In this document: in pieces, positions 62,437 through 64,000 of the stretch
Position numbering within the stretch: position 1 is the stretch's first letter
How the letters are laid out: every line of letters starts with the position of its first letter
DNA from: Eledone cirrhosa
Taxonomy: Eukaryota
Direction of reading: 5' to 3'
Assembly: GCA_964016885.1 (NCBI GenBank)
Contig: OZ024743.1
Coordinates: 94,922,001 to 94,986,000 of the forward strand
Length of the DNA stretch: 64,000 bases
Position numbers and translations under genes: made by a program
The notes under the pieces: generated by a model
Databases searched by the model: none
The model's input: the letters and a program-made list of their open reading frames with translations, nothing else
Told to the model about the DNA's origin: nothing

Positions 62437-63780
62437 CATCACTCATACGGATGACGCCCATGGCCTCCAAATACCTGATACTCAAAAACTCAGCAATGTC
62501 CAGTAGTGCTAAGTTTAATATTCTGATCGCAGATTTGGTACGAGTGATGAAGAATGTGTCCAGCATGTGCGACCCAACAGAAATGGAAGGACACATCCAA
62601 CACTTCATCAACCGCATGCAGTTCTCTGGCTACAACCAAAGAGACAGAGTCAGAGTATACGAAGGAGCCATGGAAAAGTATAAGACCCTCATAGAACTGG
62701 ACATGAAAGGAATTTGCCCACTATACAGGAGCAAATCATGGAATAGCTTAGATAGGGCTAGACATAAGATAGGGAAGGCCACATCATGGTACGACAACCA
62801 GAGATATCAGAGTGTCATGTTTGTGGACGCCACCCCTGGAGGGAAATTAGCTAACCAGTGTAGAAAGGCCCTGAGAAAGACCCACTTAAAAATAAAGGTG
62901 GTAGAAAAGCCAGGAACCACCATAAAATCCCTGATCAGCAAAACCTACCCTTTTAAGAAAAACCACTGTACCAATAGGAAATGTATCATTTGTAAGGTGA
63001 ACCCCCGGATAAACTGTAAAACTAGAAACGTAGTCTATAGCATAAGATGTACAGAGGGTACTTGCAGAAACATGACAACAACATACATAGGTGAGACAGC
63101 TCGTAGCATAGGTGAAAGGATAGACCAACACTGGGGGGAACTAAAAGGACGAAAAAACGGGTCAGTACTATACGAACATGCTAGACAACAACATGACGGT
63201 AACATAGACAACATAGAAATTAGAATAATATCTAAACATAGGAATGACCCAGCAGATAGGCAAATCAGAGAGGCCAGTGAAATAGAAATTAGAAGACCAA
63301 AGCTAAACAGAAAGAATGAGTGGAACAACAACAACACCCAAACAAACAACACTGACCTAAGAGAAGTATAAATAAGTAAATAAAATAAAATAAAATAAGA
63401 TAAATAAATACATACACAAGCACATAAACACACACTAGTCACCCAGCAGACACAACACTATACACACTAGTCACACATCACACTATACACACACGCAAAC
63501 GCATGCGCAAAGAAGACAAAATAAAATAAGATAAACAAACAATCAAATAAATAAATAAATATATAGACAGACTGAACAAAAAAAAATGGCGTAGACATAC
63601 AACACAACAGGAGGAACAATGAATATAACACCACTGACGATGTTGCAGATGTGCAACGAAAGATTTATGTAAATTATGTAAACTATATATATGTGTTTGT
63701 GTCTATATTGTATCTGTATTATTTTTGACCGCCGGTCAGTCAATGGCAACATTGAGGACCCAGTAAGTTAGATCGCAGAT
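62437..63780 (+). mobile_element. Penelope-like element 2 (A-rich; RT thumb, linker and GIY-YIG endonuclease), 5'-truncated
   Basis: Uninterrupted 306-aa ORF 62451-63371: PMASKY...SAMS (thumb), C....C..C.......CKTRNVVYSIRC....C.....YIGETARSIGERIDQH...RQIREA.EI....PKLN. The 3' UTR has a hammerhead-like motif and ends at (TA)n. Confidence 0.88.
63627..63672 (+). ncRNA. Degenerate minimal hammerhead ribozyme motif in the PLE 3' region
   Basis: CTGACGA (63634-63640), T, perfect stem GTTGCA-gatg-TGCAAC, GAAA (63658-63661). Stems I and III are imperfect. Confidence 0.5.
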
Positions 63781-63932
63781 ATATATATATAAAAGACAGC
63801 GAGAAGCGAAAACCAACCAAACAGTGAGTGTGTTCTGTTATTAATTCTGGCAATATTACACAAATATGACCCTTCCCAAATATAACAATATCTGTTTCGA
63901 CACACGATTTCATATAAAAAACCTCGCAAAAC

Positions 63933-63963
<31 letters not shown>

Positions 63964-64000
63964 GTATATATATATATGTATATATATATATATGTATATA
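63933..64000. repeat. (TA)n microsatellite with TG interruptions
   Basis: Direct observation. Confidence 0.95.

Overview
AT-rich, repeat-dense animal genomic DNA. The SINE and RTE families and microsatellite style suggest an octopod cephalopod, which is an inference. Nearly half the window (1568-30986) is one 77-bp satellite array of about 382 copies with nested higher-order duplications. Its left edge abuts a decayed Helitron PIF1-type helicase C-terminus. The right half is a nest of transposable elements: non-autonomous Helitrons around a palindromic CTAG terminus, CRE-type, R4/Dong-type (two, both bounded by (CATA)n) and RTE LINEs, tRNA-derived SINEs, TTAA MITEs, and two divergently joined Penelope-like elements with degenerate hammerhead motifs. 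The only host gene visible is three exons of a CCDC65/DRC2 homolog (40991-44484) with canonical splice sites but two in-frame TAG codons. Most ORFs in the supplied track are microsatellite or antisense artefacts. No CRISPR, rRNA or tRNA gene is supported.
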